From assembly GCF_963921235.1 (NCBI RefSeq), contig NC_086108.1:69132001-69196000 (forward strand): a DNA stretch of 64,000 nucleotides, given 5' to 3'. The position numbers and the translations under genes were made by a program. Origin of the DNA: Mobula hypostoma. Its lineage: Eukaryota. Numbering within the stretch: the stretch's first letter is position 1; each line of letters begins with the position of its first letter. The notes under the pieces are model-generated. The model worked only from the letters and a program-made list of their open reading frames with translations, was not told the origin of the DNA and searched no databases. Positions 24,351 through 38,950 of this stretch are shown one piece after another.

Positions 24351-27300
24351 GGTTCAGCAAAGACTGAGAGGCTAGAAGATTATAGCCATGCAAATTCATA
24401 GAGCTCTCAAAAACGTAGAAAATGGAAGCCCGAGTAAGTAATGCAGCCCCCTATGCCATTCACAATCTTGATCCCTTTACTATCTAATAACATCATTCTC
24501 ACAACATACAGCTTCAGTGTAGTCTTACAAACAGGCTACCTTGTTGCCTATCATTCAGAAATGAATATCATAGTCCCAAGACGTTGAGTCCCAATAGCAA
24601 TTTTAATATGAGCCGAAGCAAGGAAACCGCTGTGGTTTTCTTGGCAAGAAGACTGTATTAAGTTTCAAGTTTCCTGCATAGGATCAAGTGAAGGCATGCC
24701 ACTAGGGATCTCATCAAAAAATTTTGGGTCTCCCACCCTTTCCTCATGTATCAGCTTCTCAGAAACTGCTTCTTCTCCTCCTCCTTTGAGTGACCATAAT
24801 TTTTTTTCTCCAGAAATCAACAGCCACTTAGAATGGAGAAAATATAGCATATTAATAAAAATCAGGATGTGCCTGGTTCTTTATCAATGAAAGCCTTAAG
24901 AGCTTTTTGCTTGTCTTACCTTGTCTAATAAACCATAATTCCAATTTACTTTTCTCTTTTTTAATTTAAAAAGAGCATATATACCAAGTTTGTACAAATG
25001 AGGAGAATTATCTCAAATATATATATCAATAACAATACATAAAGGTGAAATAAACATTATCAAAATCATGTATAGTAATAATCTGATAAAGAATATATAA
25101 TAAGGAAAAAGATAATTAATTCTCCTCCTATCCATTCATGAAGGGAAAAAAAGACTGAGTGATTGACCACATTTTAGACAGGGCTATTCTGTGCCGTGTA
25201 TTCAGTATAATTTGGATAAGACGCTTGATGCTAAATATAAATGGTGTCCTTCAGCATGAAGTTCATTCCCAGTACAGAGCTTCTCAAGCCAGATTTAAAC
25301 ACCTGGGCAGGAGCGGAGAGTGGCGACATGCTTAGGCCACAGTGAAAGTGAAATTGCAGCTACATAGTACAGAAGTAGTTAACTGTTGGTTGCTCTCTGG
25401 GATATTTTCAGTAAGCTAACATTGGATATTGGACCTCTCAGTATTAGCTTTTTTTATTCATTTACAGGACGTGGGAAGGACAGCTTTTATCCCTAATTGT
25501 GCTTGGGCAGGTGAGGAGCTGGCTTCAGCTTCTGCAGTCCCTCTGGTGAAGTTTACCAGTGGTTTAGGCTTGCAAGTCCAGGGTTTAGACCAGTGCTGAT
25601 GAAGGAAAAATAAAAATAAAACATTCCCAGCTCAGGATTGTTCGCAGTTGAAGAGGTAGCTGGAGGTGGTGGAATATCATGCTCATGATACCCAAGTAGT
25701 TGAAGCTGAGATTTCTGGAGAAGCCATCACTGAGACTTTGAATAACTTGAGCCCATTTTGCAGCAATGGTAGATTGCTGGCCGAGGGAATGAAACTTCAG
25801 AGTGAAGGGTGGAATGCCATCCATAGGATAACATAGCATGGAGTCCCAAATCTAACTCAAACTACCCTATTCATATTTTTTTATACTGAAGTTCAACCCC
25901 TATCCCATGATTTTTAAATATCCTGTCTCCCACACACTGTATTATCAGGCAAATTTTGATCTTAGATTATTCTGAATGAATTGAGCTAGTTTTGAAATGT
26001 AAAGTTGAGGATACTGAACCTGAAGAAGGAACTAGGCAAAGGAAAACTGGAAAATATTGCCCTTAAATCTACTTGTGGCTCAGATTTTATAGTTTTGAAA
26101 AATTCTTGAACTACAATTTATTTTCTTCTTTCTCAGATGAGAAGGAAAACACAAAATTCAGGATGTAATATCCTACTCTCAAATGAATTCTGAGGTTTAC
26201 TTTAAACGATGAATGTTATTGTAATTTAAATAACAGGCTTATTTCAGGAAGCTCTTCAAACAGGACGCAGTAGGGTTCAGGAAGTGGTAGATATCAATGC
26301 CAGAAGTATTGCTTGTTGAAAGTTGATGCAATTCAGGAAGAATTTAAAAATCTTGCATGACTTGTGACTTCATCTTCAGGCACGATGCCACATCAGTGGC
26401 ACCTCTAAACACGTTTCATTGAGAACATTCCAATTTTATAGCTAGTTGTAAACTCTTTCAGTCAGGAATTGCGCAAGATATTAATGGATGGCTTTTTCAG
26501 CCAAGCACACAGCAATTCTGCACTCTTGACACACAATTCAGAGCTTGCACACGGTGGCAACGATGAAAGACACATTACTTGAACATTTTGCTAAGCGCAT
26601 TTGTTTTTTTTGCATCAACTAGCAGCTAAAAACTAGAGGGGATAAACGTGGTCTGTTAGCCTGAGCCCTCATGGAGGGGTGTTACCATCACAGGGACAAG
26701 CTTCACCAAGACAAAGTCTGCTGACGATGCTAAAGCAATTAATGTGGGTTTCAGCACAGCTAATCATCATCTTCCCATTTCATCCTTGTCTCATTCCTCA
26801 ATTTTTAATTTTAATTAGTGTGGTAGGGTTTATTGCATCAAACTTTCTGTGTTCTTTCCTTTCCTCTTGTTGCAACTTGAGCTTTATAGAGCAAACTTCC
26901 TCAGACAGTGGAGGAAGTGCAAAAACATACTGTCACTCATTCACACATGATATGCTACCAACTCAGATGCAGATGTTCACAGATCTTAAAGACTGATTTA
27001 AAGTTCGAAGTAAGTATGTCACCATATACAAACCTGAGATCTGTTTTCTTGCTGACATTCACAGAACATATTAGAATCAATGAAAGACTGCACCCATCAG
27101 GACAGACAAATAACCAATGTGCAAAAGACAGCAAACTGTGCAAGTACAAAGAAAAGAAAGAAATAATAATAAATAAATAATGAATATCAAGAACATGAGA
27201 TGAAGAGTCCTTGAAAGTGAGGCAATAAGTTATGGGAACAGTTCAGTTGAGTGAAGTTACCCCCATTGGTTCAAGAGCCAGATGGTTGAGGGGCATTAAC

Positions 27301-28344
27301 TGTTCCTGAACTTGGTGGTGTGTGTCCTGAGGCTCTGTATCTTCGTCTTGAAGAGAGTATGGTCTGGGTGGTGGGGGTCCATGATGATGGATGCTGCTTT
27401 CCTGCAACAGCGCCCCTTATTGATGTGCTCAATAATATCCATTACTTGTTTTAGGACTTTAGTTGTTTCCATACCAGGCCATAATGCAACAAGTCAATAT
27501 ACTCTCTACCACACATCGATAAGAAGTTTGTCGAAGTTTTAGATGTCATGCTGAATCTTCACAAAGTTCTAAGGAAGTAGAGGCACTGCCATGTTTTCTT
27601 TGTGCTGGGCCCAGGACAGTCCTCTAAATGAAATGAATCAATAGATCTGTACAGATGGAGACACAGGAATTAAGCTCATAAGGGCTCAGAGAAAGGAATG
27701 ACAAATGAAAAGATAACATGGTGCCAATTTCCTGGAGAACGAGTTTGCACACTTATTTACAGAAGGATTCGATGGGCTTGGTTACAGAAGAATACCCAAT
27801 TTTTTGATATTCTGCATACTTGCTAGAAAGCCTGCTGTCAGTATGAAGGAGTTAGAAAGGAACTCAGACCAATTTGACACAAGGCTTTTCTCAGAGATAA
27901 AAATAGGCCCTTTCTAGGATGGTTTAGTTATTTACCTCATCAGCATTTATTGATCTAAGCATGATGCAGCTCCTGATGCCTAAACCTTCATTACAGCACG
28001 AACAATTCCATCAAAGACCTGACATCTGAAGTAGAGGTTCAGGCTTCATATGCATCATAGCATTAAATCACTGTTCTCAACGGATTGCTAAGGCATCACC
28101 TTGTCAAAGAGCCAGTGGTTCCATGAAATACAAAATTGTGCTCTGTTTTGTGACAAAATGCCAGCTCCCAACATTGATTTCTGCTAAGGATCTCTCCAAA
28201 GACCCACTTGGGTCACTGGAGATTGGAGGAAGCAGTACTACCTATGATGTCACTGTCCTGCCCTGGAGATCAGCCAAAAAGTGATGCCTGTTTATATCCT
28301 CATTCCTCTTGCTTTTGGTACTTTGAAACTCCGTATCATCTGAA

Positions 28345-29420
28345 TCTAAATCAGGTTTGTTATCACTGGCATGAGTTGTGAAATTTGTTAACCTAACAGC
28401 AGTAGTTCAATGCAACAAATAGTATAGAAGAAAAAGTAAATAAATAAGTAATTCAAATGCAGTATATGTATATGGAATAGATTCAAAATCATGCAAAAAC
28501 AGAAATAATATATATTTAAAAAGTGAGGTAGTGTTCACGTGTTCAATGTCCATTTAGGAATCGGATGGCAGAGGGGAACAAACTGTTCCTGAATCACTGA
28601 GTGTGTGTCTTCAGGCTTTTGTACTTCCTACCTGATGGTAACAGTGAGAAAAGGGCATGTCCTGGGTGCTGGGGGTCCTTAATAATGGACACTGACTTTC
28701 TGAGACATCGCTCCTTGAGGACGTCCTGGGTACTTTGTAGGCTGGTACCCAAGATAGAGCTGACTAAATTTTCAATCCTCTGCAGCTTTTTTCAGTCCTG
28801 TGCAGTAGCACCACCCCCCCATACCAAACAGTCATGCAGCCTGTCGGAATGCTCTCCACAGTACATCTTTAGAAGTTTTTGAGTGTTTTTGTTGACATAC
28901 CAAATCTCTTCAAACTCCTAATAAAGTATAGCCACTGTCTTGCCTTCTTTATAGCTGTACCAAGATGATGGGACCAGGTTAGATCCTCAGAGATCTTGAC
29001 ACCTAGGAACTTGAAACTGCTCACTCTCTCCACTTCTGATCCCTGTAAGGATTGGTATTTGTTCCTTCATCTTACCCTTCCGGAAGTCCACAATCAGTTC
29101 TTTTGTCTTACTGACGTTGAGTACCAGGTTGTTGCTGCAACACCACTCCACTAGTTGGTATATCTCGCACCTCTACGCCCTCTTGTCTCCATCTGAGATT
29201 CTACCAACAATGGTTGTATTGTCAGCAAATTTATTGATGGTATTTGTAGCTATGCCTAGCCACACAGTCATGTGTATATAGGGAGTAGAGCAGTGGGCTA
29301 AGCACATACCCCTGAGGTGCACCAGTGTTGATCGTCAACGAGGAGGCGATATTATCACCAATCTGCACAGATTGTGGTCTTCTGGTTAGGAAGTTGAGAA
29401 TCCATTTGCAGAAGGAGGAA
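28345..29420 (-). mobile_element. Rex/Babar- or L2-like LINE 3' fragment
   Basis: Minus ORF WILNFLTRRPQSV..TGAPQGYVLSPLLYSLYTHDC. Confidence 0.8.
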
Positions 29421-30985
29421 ATGTAACTTATCAATCAGGATGCTTGCCATCTAAGCAAATCCTTGTTCACTGTGTCAGCTTATCTGTAAAAAGGGAATGA
29501 GTCATGCTGCTTCTTGTGATGAAAACTTCCATTACAGTTCAAAGTCAAAGTTCTGAGTAAATTTCTTATCAAAGTACATGTATATGCCTCGAGGTGCATT
29601 TTCTTGTGAGCATTCACAGTAAATACAAAGAATCACAATGGAATCAATGAAGAACTGCACACAACAAAGACAGTCAAACAACCAATGTGCAAAAGGCAAA
29701 CTGTGCAATCCAAAAAAGGAAAAAATTAATTAATATTGAGAAGTTGAGTTGGAGAGTCCTTGAAGGTAATTCCACTGGTTGTGGAATCAGTTTACTGTTG
29801 GGGTGAGTTCAGTCTGGTTCATGAACCTATTGTTTAGGGGTAATCACTGTTCCTGAAGCTGGTGGTGTGGGACCTGAGACTCTTACACCCTCTATATGCA
29901 GCATCAAATTGCAAATTGCAAGATCTTGCTTATGATTTCCAACTCCAGGTGTTTAAAAATCTGGGCTTGTACTTAACCATTGTTCCATGTGGATTGTCAT
30001 AATCGACCTATTTGATATCCTGTGAGCAGATATTAGGTAAGCACACTAATTATAGTCTCACAAGAATATTTGGCACACTTCTTGTCAGGAGAGGGTGGAT
30101 GCACACGTCTAAATTTTCAATCTTTAATTGGCCAACTGGCATCTTAAGTGAACATTCACAAAAGCTTAATTTCTCCCCAACGATTATATGTGGACAAAGG
30201 CAATATAGGTTTATGCTGAGCAGCATGCATTGTATAAATTTAAATTTGAAATGTAGTGCAAAATTTTGTTCTAAGTAATACAATGAAATAGTGTCTCTCG
30301 GCTCCAGTGAACCAGGCTCTATCCAGATCTGCTATCTTGACTGAGCACACAGATTTCCCCTGGGTGCTTCTATTTCCTCCCATATTCTAAAATATGTGGG
30401 GCAATAGATCTTTTGGCCACTGTAAACTGCCTCAAGTAGGTGAGTGGTAGAATGTGGGTGGATAAATATACTGTAAATGGAAAGATATCAAGAAATGTGA
30501 AGGAATGGAGTGACCTTGGAATGTATATCCATAAGTCCTTGAAGGTGAGAGGATAGGTTGATAAGCTGGGTAATGAATGTATGGAGTGTGTTTCTTTAGT
30601 AATTGAGACACACAGCATAAGATTTGTGCGTATGATGATTAGGCCATGGTTTGATTTTTATTTACAATTCTGGTCACATTACAGGAAAAATGTGATTGAA
30701 ATGAGGGCAATGTTGGGTGGCTCTTTAAGCTGACGTACAGCATGGAACGAAAAACCTTGTAATCTGTCGTAATACTGTGGTTCTATGAATGTAAAATTTT
30801 ATTATAAACAAACAGAAGAAGCACACACAAATACTCCAGGAATTTTATTTGCTCAATACTTTTTTGGAGCATTTTGCAGAACTCTGTTCCATAAGATTTA
30901 TTGAATAGGTTAGAATAAAAAATGTTCATGGTATGTGGAAGGGCAGTCTTGATGTGTTTTCATAGCTATGACTTGTATTTTGCAG

Positions 30986-31082
30986 AGCCATTTACCGTTA
31001 TTTCACTTATTGGAGTCATTGCGATACCAATTCTCATCCTTGCTTTGTGCTTTGCCATCTGCTGCATTTGCAACAGGGAAAG
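30986..31082 (+). CDS. Transmembrane exon (EPFTVISLIGVIAIPILILALCFAICCICNRE)
   Basis: TATTTTGCAG acceptor and AAG|GTACGA donor; phase 1-2. About 23 hydrophobic residues, then a Cys cluster and basic residues. In phase with the EGF exon. Confidence 0.88.
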
Positions 31083-31849
31083 GTACGAGATAATTCCCAG
31101 TATTGTAAATTTTGTGCTATGTGAATCACTGGAAATGTATATGGGATGAATAATATTCTCATTGTCAACCCTCCAGATTGCACCATCAAGCTTTCAAAAA
31201 AAACTTTAAGATTTGTTTAAATCCATCACCAGCTACTTGTAAATCAAAGTCTCCACGATTTCCCTGTCCACGGACACGAACTCCTTGTCCACGGACTAGC
31301 ACATATCAGGTAGGGAATACAAGAAATATTTCCTTAGATGTATAAGAAATATTTTAAATTACTTTTAATGTAGAAATATCCGTTATCATTTATATTCATT
31401 GACCTTGGAAAAAGAAAATGCAGTATTAATTTCCCGGAGACCTGGTGTTTTGCCATTTGTGTCATGGTTTTATTAGTTGCAATTTGAGTCTGTGTGCCAA
31501 TAGAAATGTATAAATCATTTTTGTTAGTGCTGTAGTATCATTGACCACAATGTGATTTTCTTAGTATCCATTGGAATTCATTAGCTCTTTTTAAAAAAAA
31601 ATTGAAATCCAAATTAATTTTATATATTAAAAATAGAGATCTGATCTGGTCTTTAATTTCTGGAGCATAAAACTTACTTCAGGTTAACCTAAATGGGTAA
31701 GGTTGATGAACAGAGCATGGATCAGCACGTGGAATTATAACACTGTGGCTAATTGGCCATTAGTGAGACTTGGGGCTTCTTAACCAGGGCCTTGTATCCC
31801 TTGAAAACCAAAGTCCCTCAACATGTTTGCCTTGCCTTTTATTCTGACA

Positions 31850-32390
31850 GGAACATACAAACTCTGTGCTCTCAAAAGTACAAGTACCTATCCTCCTTCA
31901 TAATTATCTTGAAACTAATGGAATTATGATCACTAGATCCAAAGTGTTCCCCTACATACACATCTGTCACCTGCCCTGTTTCGTTCCCGAATCAGAGAAC
32001 CAGTGTTGCTGTCTTCTCTAGTTAGGACTTCTATACAGTATATTGATTAAGGAAACTGTCCTGTACATGTTGGAAAAACTCTGTGCCATCCAGCCCTTTT
32101 ACTGTATGGGAGTCCCAGTCAATATGTAGGAAGTTAAAATCACCTACTATAACAACATTTTTTAAATTGCAACAGTCTGCCATCTCTCTACAAATATTCT
32201 CCCCTAAAATATAATCCAATTAACATGGTAATCCCTTTCTTATTCCTTCAGCTCTCCCCATATAGGCTCAGTAGATGAGTTCTCCAGCTTGTCCTGTCTG
32301 AGCACTGCTTTGACATTCTTCCTGACTAGTGATGCCACCCTTCCCCCTCTAACCCTATCATGTCCTCAACAATGGAACCTAAGAACCTTC
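31850..32390 (-). mobile_element. CR1 endonuclease-region fragment
   Basis: Minus ORF VVIVGDFNFLHIDW..FLNQY. Confidence 0.7.
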
Positions 32391-34041
32391 AATGGGACAA
32401 GGCAGAATAATAGTTTGGTGCAGACTGCATTGGCTAAAGGGCTTGTTTTTGTGCTGTGACTCAATGACTCTATAATAGAATTCGTTAAAAGCTTTTGAAG
32501 AAAACCATTTCAGAGTAGTTCCTCTTTATTTACTGCAGCCAATACTCCCTGTGACATGGTGATACAAAATATTTCAGATCTTGCACCAACTTTGAAATCT
32601 AGCTTTTGCAACTGGTACAATTTCTGCAAGGTTGTATGTTCTCATTAACCTTGCATTTTATTGGCTTGCTTCTCATATTTTTATTAGACTAAGATGCGCT
32701 TAAGAATATAATTTATTTTATATTATATCAGATGATGTAATAAAGGAAACTAAAAATGTTTTGTGTGTAACTGTTAAATGTGAAGAATGTGCCATTTTCA
32801 ACAGAATTAGCTGTAGTCTCACCTGAGTCAGGAGTCTATTGATTCAAGTGATATTCCAGGTTGTGAATGCAGAAGTCGAGGCTGTAAGTTGTTAGATAAA
32901 AGATCCCTTAATCTCCCCTAGATGGATGCTGTAAGTTCCATAAACCTAGTTCACAGACTAGTAGGAGAGTTCAACTTACTGTTTTTGTCAATATTTATCC
33001 TTCAGTCAGCATCACCAAAAACAATTACTTCATTATCATTAGGTTTCTCTTTCTGGAAACATTCTGTGCACAAACGATCACAATTTACATAATAAAATGG
33101 TAATTTTACATAAATTACATTGGCTATTGAAAGCTTTGAGGTTGTGAGATCCAGTGCAGTTCTATTTCAAAATTTCCACCCAATTATTTTTCATATCATT
33201 GTCCTTCAATTCAATAACATTGATAGTATGAGATGATAAGTATTTTTAGTATGAATTTGAACACTCCAGTTATATTTTCAATTATAAATGGGCAATAATT
33301 GCTTTATCTAGCTGTAACATTGTTGTTTTAGGTATGCCTGTTCCTACTTCATTAATCTTCATTCTTGTATTACGAGTTTTAAATAATTTTGTTAACATCT
33401 AAACTGGGAATTCTCTTCCTTAACTCCAGATCTTCACCCTTCAGATACTTTTTGTAGCCTGGTCATTTTGCTGTATCCATAAGCAATTTGCTAAAAATTC
33501 TCACTCTGCTTAGTGATTTTGAAGTTTTAACAATTTAAATTTTTCAACTGCACATCTTTTGGCTTTATAATATTTTTGTTTTGGTGTTCCTATCATTCGA
33601 TGAGCTAAAATTATTTTTGTAACTAACATTTTCAGTAATGATTTAACTTTATGAATTAAATATTATGGAGACAGTCCAAAATTATCATGAAATGTCTGAT
33701 GAATAATTTGCCATGGTTCAATCTAGCCCAAACATGAATAAATATTTGCTGCTGCTTTTAGCCCTCCTGCCTGTGATTCTTCATTTTGTAGCATTGTCCT
33801 GGGTTTTTTGGATAAAAATATTATTTTTTCAAACTTACAATAAATGTATGTGGATACAGACAACTTTGCAATTTTGTCAGTATCTTAAAGTGAGAATACC
33901 CATATAGTCCACATTTCTGACATTGATTTTATGGTGCACTCATAGGACAGATTGAACCTCAGCAGGACTGGCCCAATGTTATTTGCTTTGCAAGTGTCTG
34001 CCACATGGTGGCACTATCTGTTTCTAGATGTATTTCTTCAG

Positions 34042-34129
34042 ATTCAGACTTCAAAATGTTTTGCATATTAATAATAATGACCTCAAGCCCATCATTTACC
34101 AGACCAATTATTACCACATCTCCACCCCA
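34042..34129 (+). CDS. Candidate juxtamembrane cytoplasmic exon (RFRLQNVLHINNNDLKPIIYQTNYYHISTP)
   Basis: TTTCTTCAG acceptor. Its phase 2-0 exactly bridges the TM exon and the 39862 exon. The donor CCA|GTAACT is weak; an alternative GC donor (GCAAGT) lies at 34176. Confidence 0.55.
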
Positions 34130-34412
34130 GTAACTTTAGCTCCTTCTCCACATGGAGCTCAGCTGGACAATTGTGGCAAGTCGGAATTTGTTTATGTGAC
34201 ACTGAGAGGCAGCAAGAACCAGCAAATAGTAATGAAAATTGAGTGCAAATGCTGCTACCTGTTTCCAGTAGCGGTGAAACTCATGAAAGATGATGTTGAT
34301 ATTTACTCCTGTAACAGAAATGTTAGTGGGAAGAGATAGGCCGTGAACTCATCTTGGCCTTTTTGCTCATCCCCTTTTCACTTGGAGAGCACCTCACTAC
34401 TACTACTACCTC

Positions 34413-34766
34413 AAAAACACAAAATAATCTGCAGATGCTGGGGTCAAGGCAACACTCACAACACGCTGGAGGAACTTAGCTGGTCGGGCAGCATCCGTGG
34501 AAAATAACAGTCAACATTTCGGGCCTGAACCCTTCATCAGGACTGAAGAGGGAGGGGGCAGAGGCCCTATAAAGAAGGTGGGAGGAGGGTGGGAAGGAGA
34601 AGGAGAACCTACCAGCCTTCTCCTTCCCACCCTCCCCCCACCTTCTTTATAGGGCCTCTGCCCCTTCCCTCTTCAGTCCTGATGAAGGGTTCCGGCCAAA
34701 ACGTTGACTCAACGTTTCCACGGATACTGCCCGACCTGCTGAGTTCCTCCAGTGTGTTGTGAGTGT
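34413..34766. mobile_element. Penelope-derived palindromic element with two opposed hammerhead motifs
   Basis: Near-perfect inverted duplication centred at ~34608. Hammerhead-like cores at 34508-34545 (-) and 34674-34709 (+). Inserted in a (TAC)n tract. Confidence 0.8.
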
Positions 34767-35100
34767 TACTACTACGTCGACTCAGGCTTAGGGGGCTGGC
34801 GTCGGGCACGATGACGGACTCTCCACTTCTCCCTCTCCCTCAGCAGTGTGTTCAGTTCATCTACATTAGCCGCGCCGCTGTCTTCTAGGAGCATGTTGAC
34901 CATTGTCTTGGGAGGGTGCCCAGGGTTCATCCTCCCGTACTTGGGCTCCCATATGATGACTAGGCTGGCAGGTAGCTTGGGTTGGCGTAGACAGTGCCCC
35001 GCTAGTTGCAGTCTTCTCGCCTCGATTTTAGTGGAGAGCATCGGTAGGTCGTCATAGAGCTCAACGTTCATCACGTGCTGTTGCCAACTCACATCAAGAG
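34767..35100 (-). mobile_element. RTE-like LINE 3' end with (TAG)n tail
   Basis: ORF RRLQLAGHCLR..LVIIWEPKYGR..PPKT, typical of an RTE-clade C-terminus. Confidence 0.75.
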
Positions 35101-35539
35101 TTTAGTGTTAAGTTGACACGAGTCAGTTGGCTCAAAGCCTCTGTCTTTGAAATTGATGACCTTTTAATTAAATGATGAATAGAATTGAAAATTATATGTA
35201 ATTGTTTAATTGAGATTTTTGTTTTATTGCAGAATTTTTATCTGAAAGGAATGAGTCAAGATCAATGTAAAATGTATTATGTTATTAAAATGTGTATATA
35301 ATTAGTATAGAGTAAGTATTTTAATTATCTGCAATGAAATATTCTAGTTATGAGATGTGCAAATACTTCTAACTTTTTTATTACTTATTGGTTATAAAAG
35401 AGAAATAACACCATAAAACATAGGAGCAAAATTAGGCCATTCAGCCCAGCAAGTCTTCTCCACTATTTGGCCAGCCCCTCTCTCCTGTTTTACTCCGCTG
35501 TATTACTGACGCATCTGACTTTTGCTACTGCCTCTCAAA

Positions 35540-37115
35540 TTGCAGGGTAAATTCTATCGTATTTATGATCGCTGCCTCCTTAGGATCCCTAATCAAATCC
35601 GGGTCACTACACAACAACCAATCCAGAATTGCTGATCCCTTTGTGGGCTCAATCACAAGCTTCTCTAAAAAACCATCTCATAGGCATTCTACAAATTCTA
35701 TCTCTTAGGATCCAAAATCAGCACGGACCTGTTTTACCCAATCTACCAGCACATTGAAATCCCCCATAATTTTATAACATTGTCCTTCTGATATGCATTT
35801 TCTGTCTCCCATTGTAAATTGTAGCCCACATCCTGGCTACTGTTTGGAGGCCTGTATATAACTCCCATCAGGGTCTTTTTACCCTTGCAGTTCCTTTAGC
35901 TCTAATCTACATCTTCCAATCCTGTGTCACCTCTTTCAGTGGATTTGATTTCATTTTTTACCAACCACCCCTTCTGCCTACCTGTTTGTCCTTTCAATAC
36001 GATGTGTATCCTTGGATGTTAAGGTCCCAACTATAATCTTCTTTCAGCTATGACTCACTGATGCCCACAACATCATACCTGCCAATCCCTACTTGCGCGA
36101 CAGGATCATTTATTTTATTTCGTATACTGTGCGCATTCAAATGTAACACCTTCAATCTTGTGTTCATCACCCTTCTTTGATTTTGTCCCCATTACGCTGC
36201 AATTCATCCCATTAACTGCAATTTTGCCCCATTATCTGCCTGTCCTGACATTCTCACTACATGCTGTTTCTGATTGTAAACCAACAGCCCTATCATTCCG
36301 GTTCCCATCCCCCTGCAAAATTAGCTCAAGCCCTCCCCAACAGCTCCAGCAAAAGCTTCCTGCAAGGATATTGGTCCACCCTGGGTTCAGGTGTAACCTA
36401 TCTCTTTTGTACAGGTTATACCTTCCCCAGGAGAGACCCCAATGATCCAGAAATCAGAAACCCTGACCCCAGTTCCTCAGCCACACATTCATCTGCTAAA
36501 TCTTCTTATTCTTACCCTCACTGGCGTGTGGCTCAGACAGCTACCCTGAAGGCCCTGCTTCTCAGCTTTCTACCTTGCTCCCTAAATTCTCTCTTCAGGA
36601 CTTTCTTGCTTTTCCTACCGATACAATTGGTGCCAATATGTCTGGCTGCTCAACTTCCCCCTCAACCTTTAGAATGTTGTGGTCCCGATCTGAGACATCC
36701 CTGACCCTGGCATCGGCGAGGCAACATACCATCTGGATGGCTCTATTGCGTCCACAGAATCCTGTGTCTACTGCTCTAACTATGGAATCCCCCTATCCCT
36801 ACTGCAGTCCTCTTCTCCCCTCTTCCCTTCTGAGCCGTAGTGCAGGACTCAGTGACAGAAACCCGGTCGCAGCGACTTCCCCCTGCCCCCCGGTCGGCCG
36901 TTCCCCACCTCAACACAATTCAAAACGGTATACTTATTATTTAAGGGAATGGCCATGGGGGTACTGGCTCTTCATTTCCCTTTCCTCTCCTGACAGTCAC
37001 CTGCAACTTAGGGGTGGTTACCTCCCCGTAGCTCCTATCTATCACTCCTCGGTTTCCCGTGTGAACTAAGGGTTCTCTGAGGATCTGCAGCACAGTGCAT
37101 CTGGTGCAGATGTGA
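35540..37115 (-). mobile_element. CR1 5' region (ORF1 esterase and endonuclease), degraded
   Basis: Reverse-complement similarity to the 17150-18400 element (e.g. CCTGCAAGGATATT, GGCAACATACCAT, ACTATGGAATCCCC). Confidence 0.7.
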
Positions 37116-38019
37116 TTGTCCAGTGAATGTGGTTATCGTGATGAATATTATTTCCAAAGGGAAACCTAGGTTGTACACATTAGCCTAGCCATGGCCAAGA
37201 AAATGCACTAACACCTATTTCTCTCAGTGGCTCAAGAAGTTTGCATGTTCTTATTGACCCTCGCCGATTTTTATTGATGCATCATAGAAAGCATCCTGTC
37301 CAGATGCATTGTGCCTTGGTAATGTCAACTGCTCTGTCCGAGACTGCAAGAAACTGCAGAGAGTTGAGGACCTTGCTCTTGCACTGCTCCTTCTCAGGAA
37401 CTGTAACATTACATTCTGTTGCTTTTTCCTTGATGAAATAATTAGTGCAGAACAAAGTTTCCATTGTACCTCAGTACATGTGAGAATAATAAACCAACTA
37501 CTAATTTTGATTGTGCCCTGCCGATGTGTGTTGGTGTGCAGTGACCTACAGTTTTGACTGGGAAGCAACTTGTACTTGTTGTAAACCTTAAATAGAATTC
37601 CTGTTGTATTAGATTCGTTGTTGATGGCCAAAGATCTTTTAAGCACGAAAGTAACCTTGATTAACAAACTAAAGTATGGAGATTTTGCAGAGCCTTTTTG
37701 TATATTTGTTAAAAGATTGACTTGCAAAAGTTGTCAGAAGTTTCTGGTGGTAGGAATTTGCACCCCAGTTCATGTTATGTGCCTACATATCTATTTGTTG
37801 AACTCAACTTCAGAAATTCTGCTTCTTCATTGGTACCTTGATCTTCATGAGACTCGTAGTCTGCTGAGAGATAAATCTGTGGAATTCAGAATCCTTCATG
37901 AAATCCAGATATAACCTATGGAAAGCCATAATGAGAGTGAAAAGGCAATTCCATGTGAAGTTAGCATTGTAACCTAATGCTCGACAACTGCGACAGGGTT
38001 TGCACACCATTACTTCCTA

Positions 38020-38950
38020 AAAGACAAAACCTAACAGCATAAATGGCAGTGAATCTTCACTCCCCAATGAGTTCAATGTCTTTTATGCATGCTTTGAGAA
38101 GGAAATTAACACCATATCTACAGCATACCCTGTGATCTTTGCCTTGGAGGCCAATGGCAGAACCTCCTTCAGGAAGGTGAACACCCACCAAGGTGTACCT
38201 GGGGGGGTAATCATACCCTGCATAGACCAAATGGCTGGAGTGTTCAAGACGCTCCTTAACCTCTCACTGCTGCAGTTGGAGGTTCAAAAGGGCAGCAATA
38301 ATACTAATGCTCAAGAAGAGCAGGGTCATCTGCCTCAACAACCATCACTCTGGCAGCACCCACATTTGATGTGAAGAAGTGCTTTGAAAGATTGGTCATA
38401 GCTAGAACTAACTCCTGCCTGAGCCAGGACCTGGGCCCTCTGCAGTTTACTGCTGCCACGCCACGGCAGCTCTGCAAGATATGCAATCCACAGCACTCCA
38501 TTCTGCTTTGGAGCATCTAGACAATAGTAAAACGTACTGTGTGCCAGGCTGTTCCTGATCAGCGATGAGCACATTCATCCCCTCAATAAGCTGAGAATCT
38601 GAGCTGCTTTAACCCCCTTTGCAAATGGATCATCTACTTCCCCAGCAGGAGACCACTGTCAATGCGGATTGGTACGACTTGGTATGGAAGCTCCAAATCA
38701 TGAGAGGCTGCAGAGAATTGTACACTCATGGACTGAACCCTTCCCATCTTCAAAGATATCTTCAAATGGTAGTGCCTCAGGAAGATGGCACCCATCACTA
38801 AGGACCCCCACCACGCAGGGTATGCCCTCATCGTGTTACTACCATAAGCCTGAAGACCCACACTCAACCTTTTATGAAATGCATCTTCCCATCATGAATC
38901 CATGAATGCTACCTTGTGATTCATGTTTTGTAACTTGGTTATTTCTTATT
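38020..38950 (+). mobile_element. Degraded Rex/Babar-like LINE
   Basis: Remnants of DQMAGVF..NLSL and KCFERLV motifs, with frameshifts. Confidence 0.6.

Noticed and set aside
35233..35311. Exon-like segment (TTGCAG acceptor, GTAAGT donor)
   Set aside because: Stops occur in all three frames before the strong donor, and it does not fit the phase chain.
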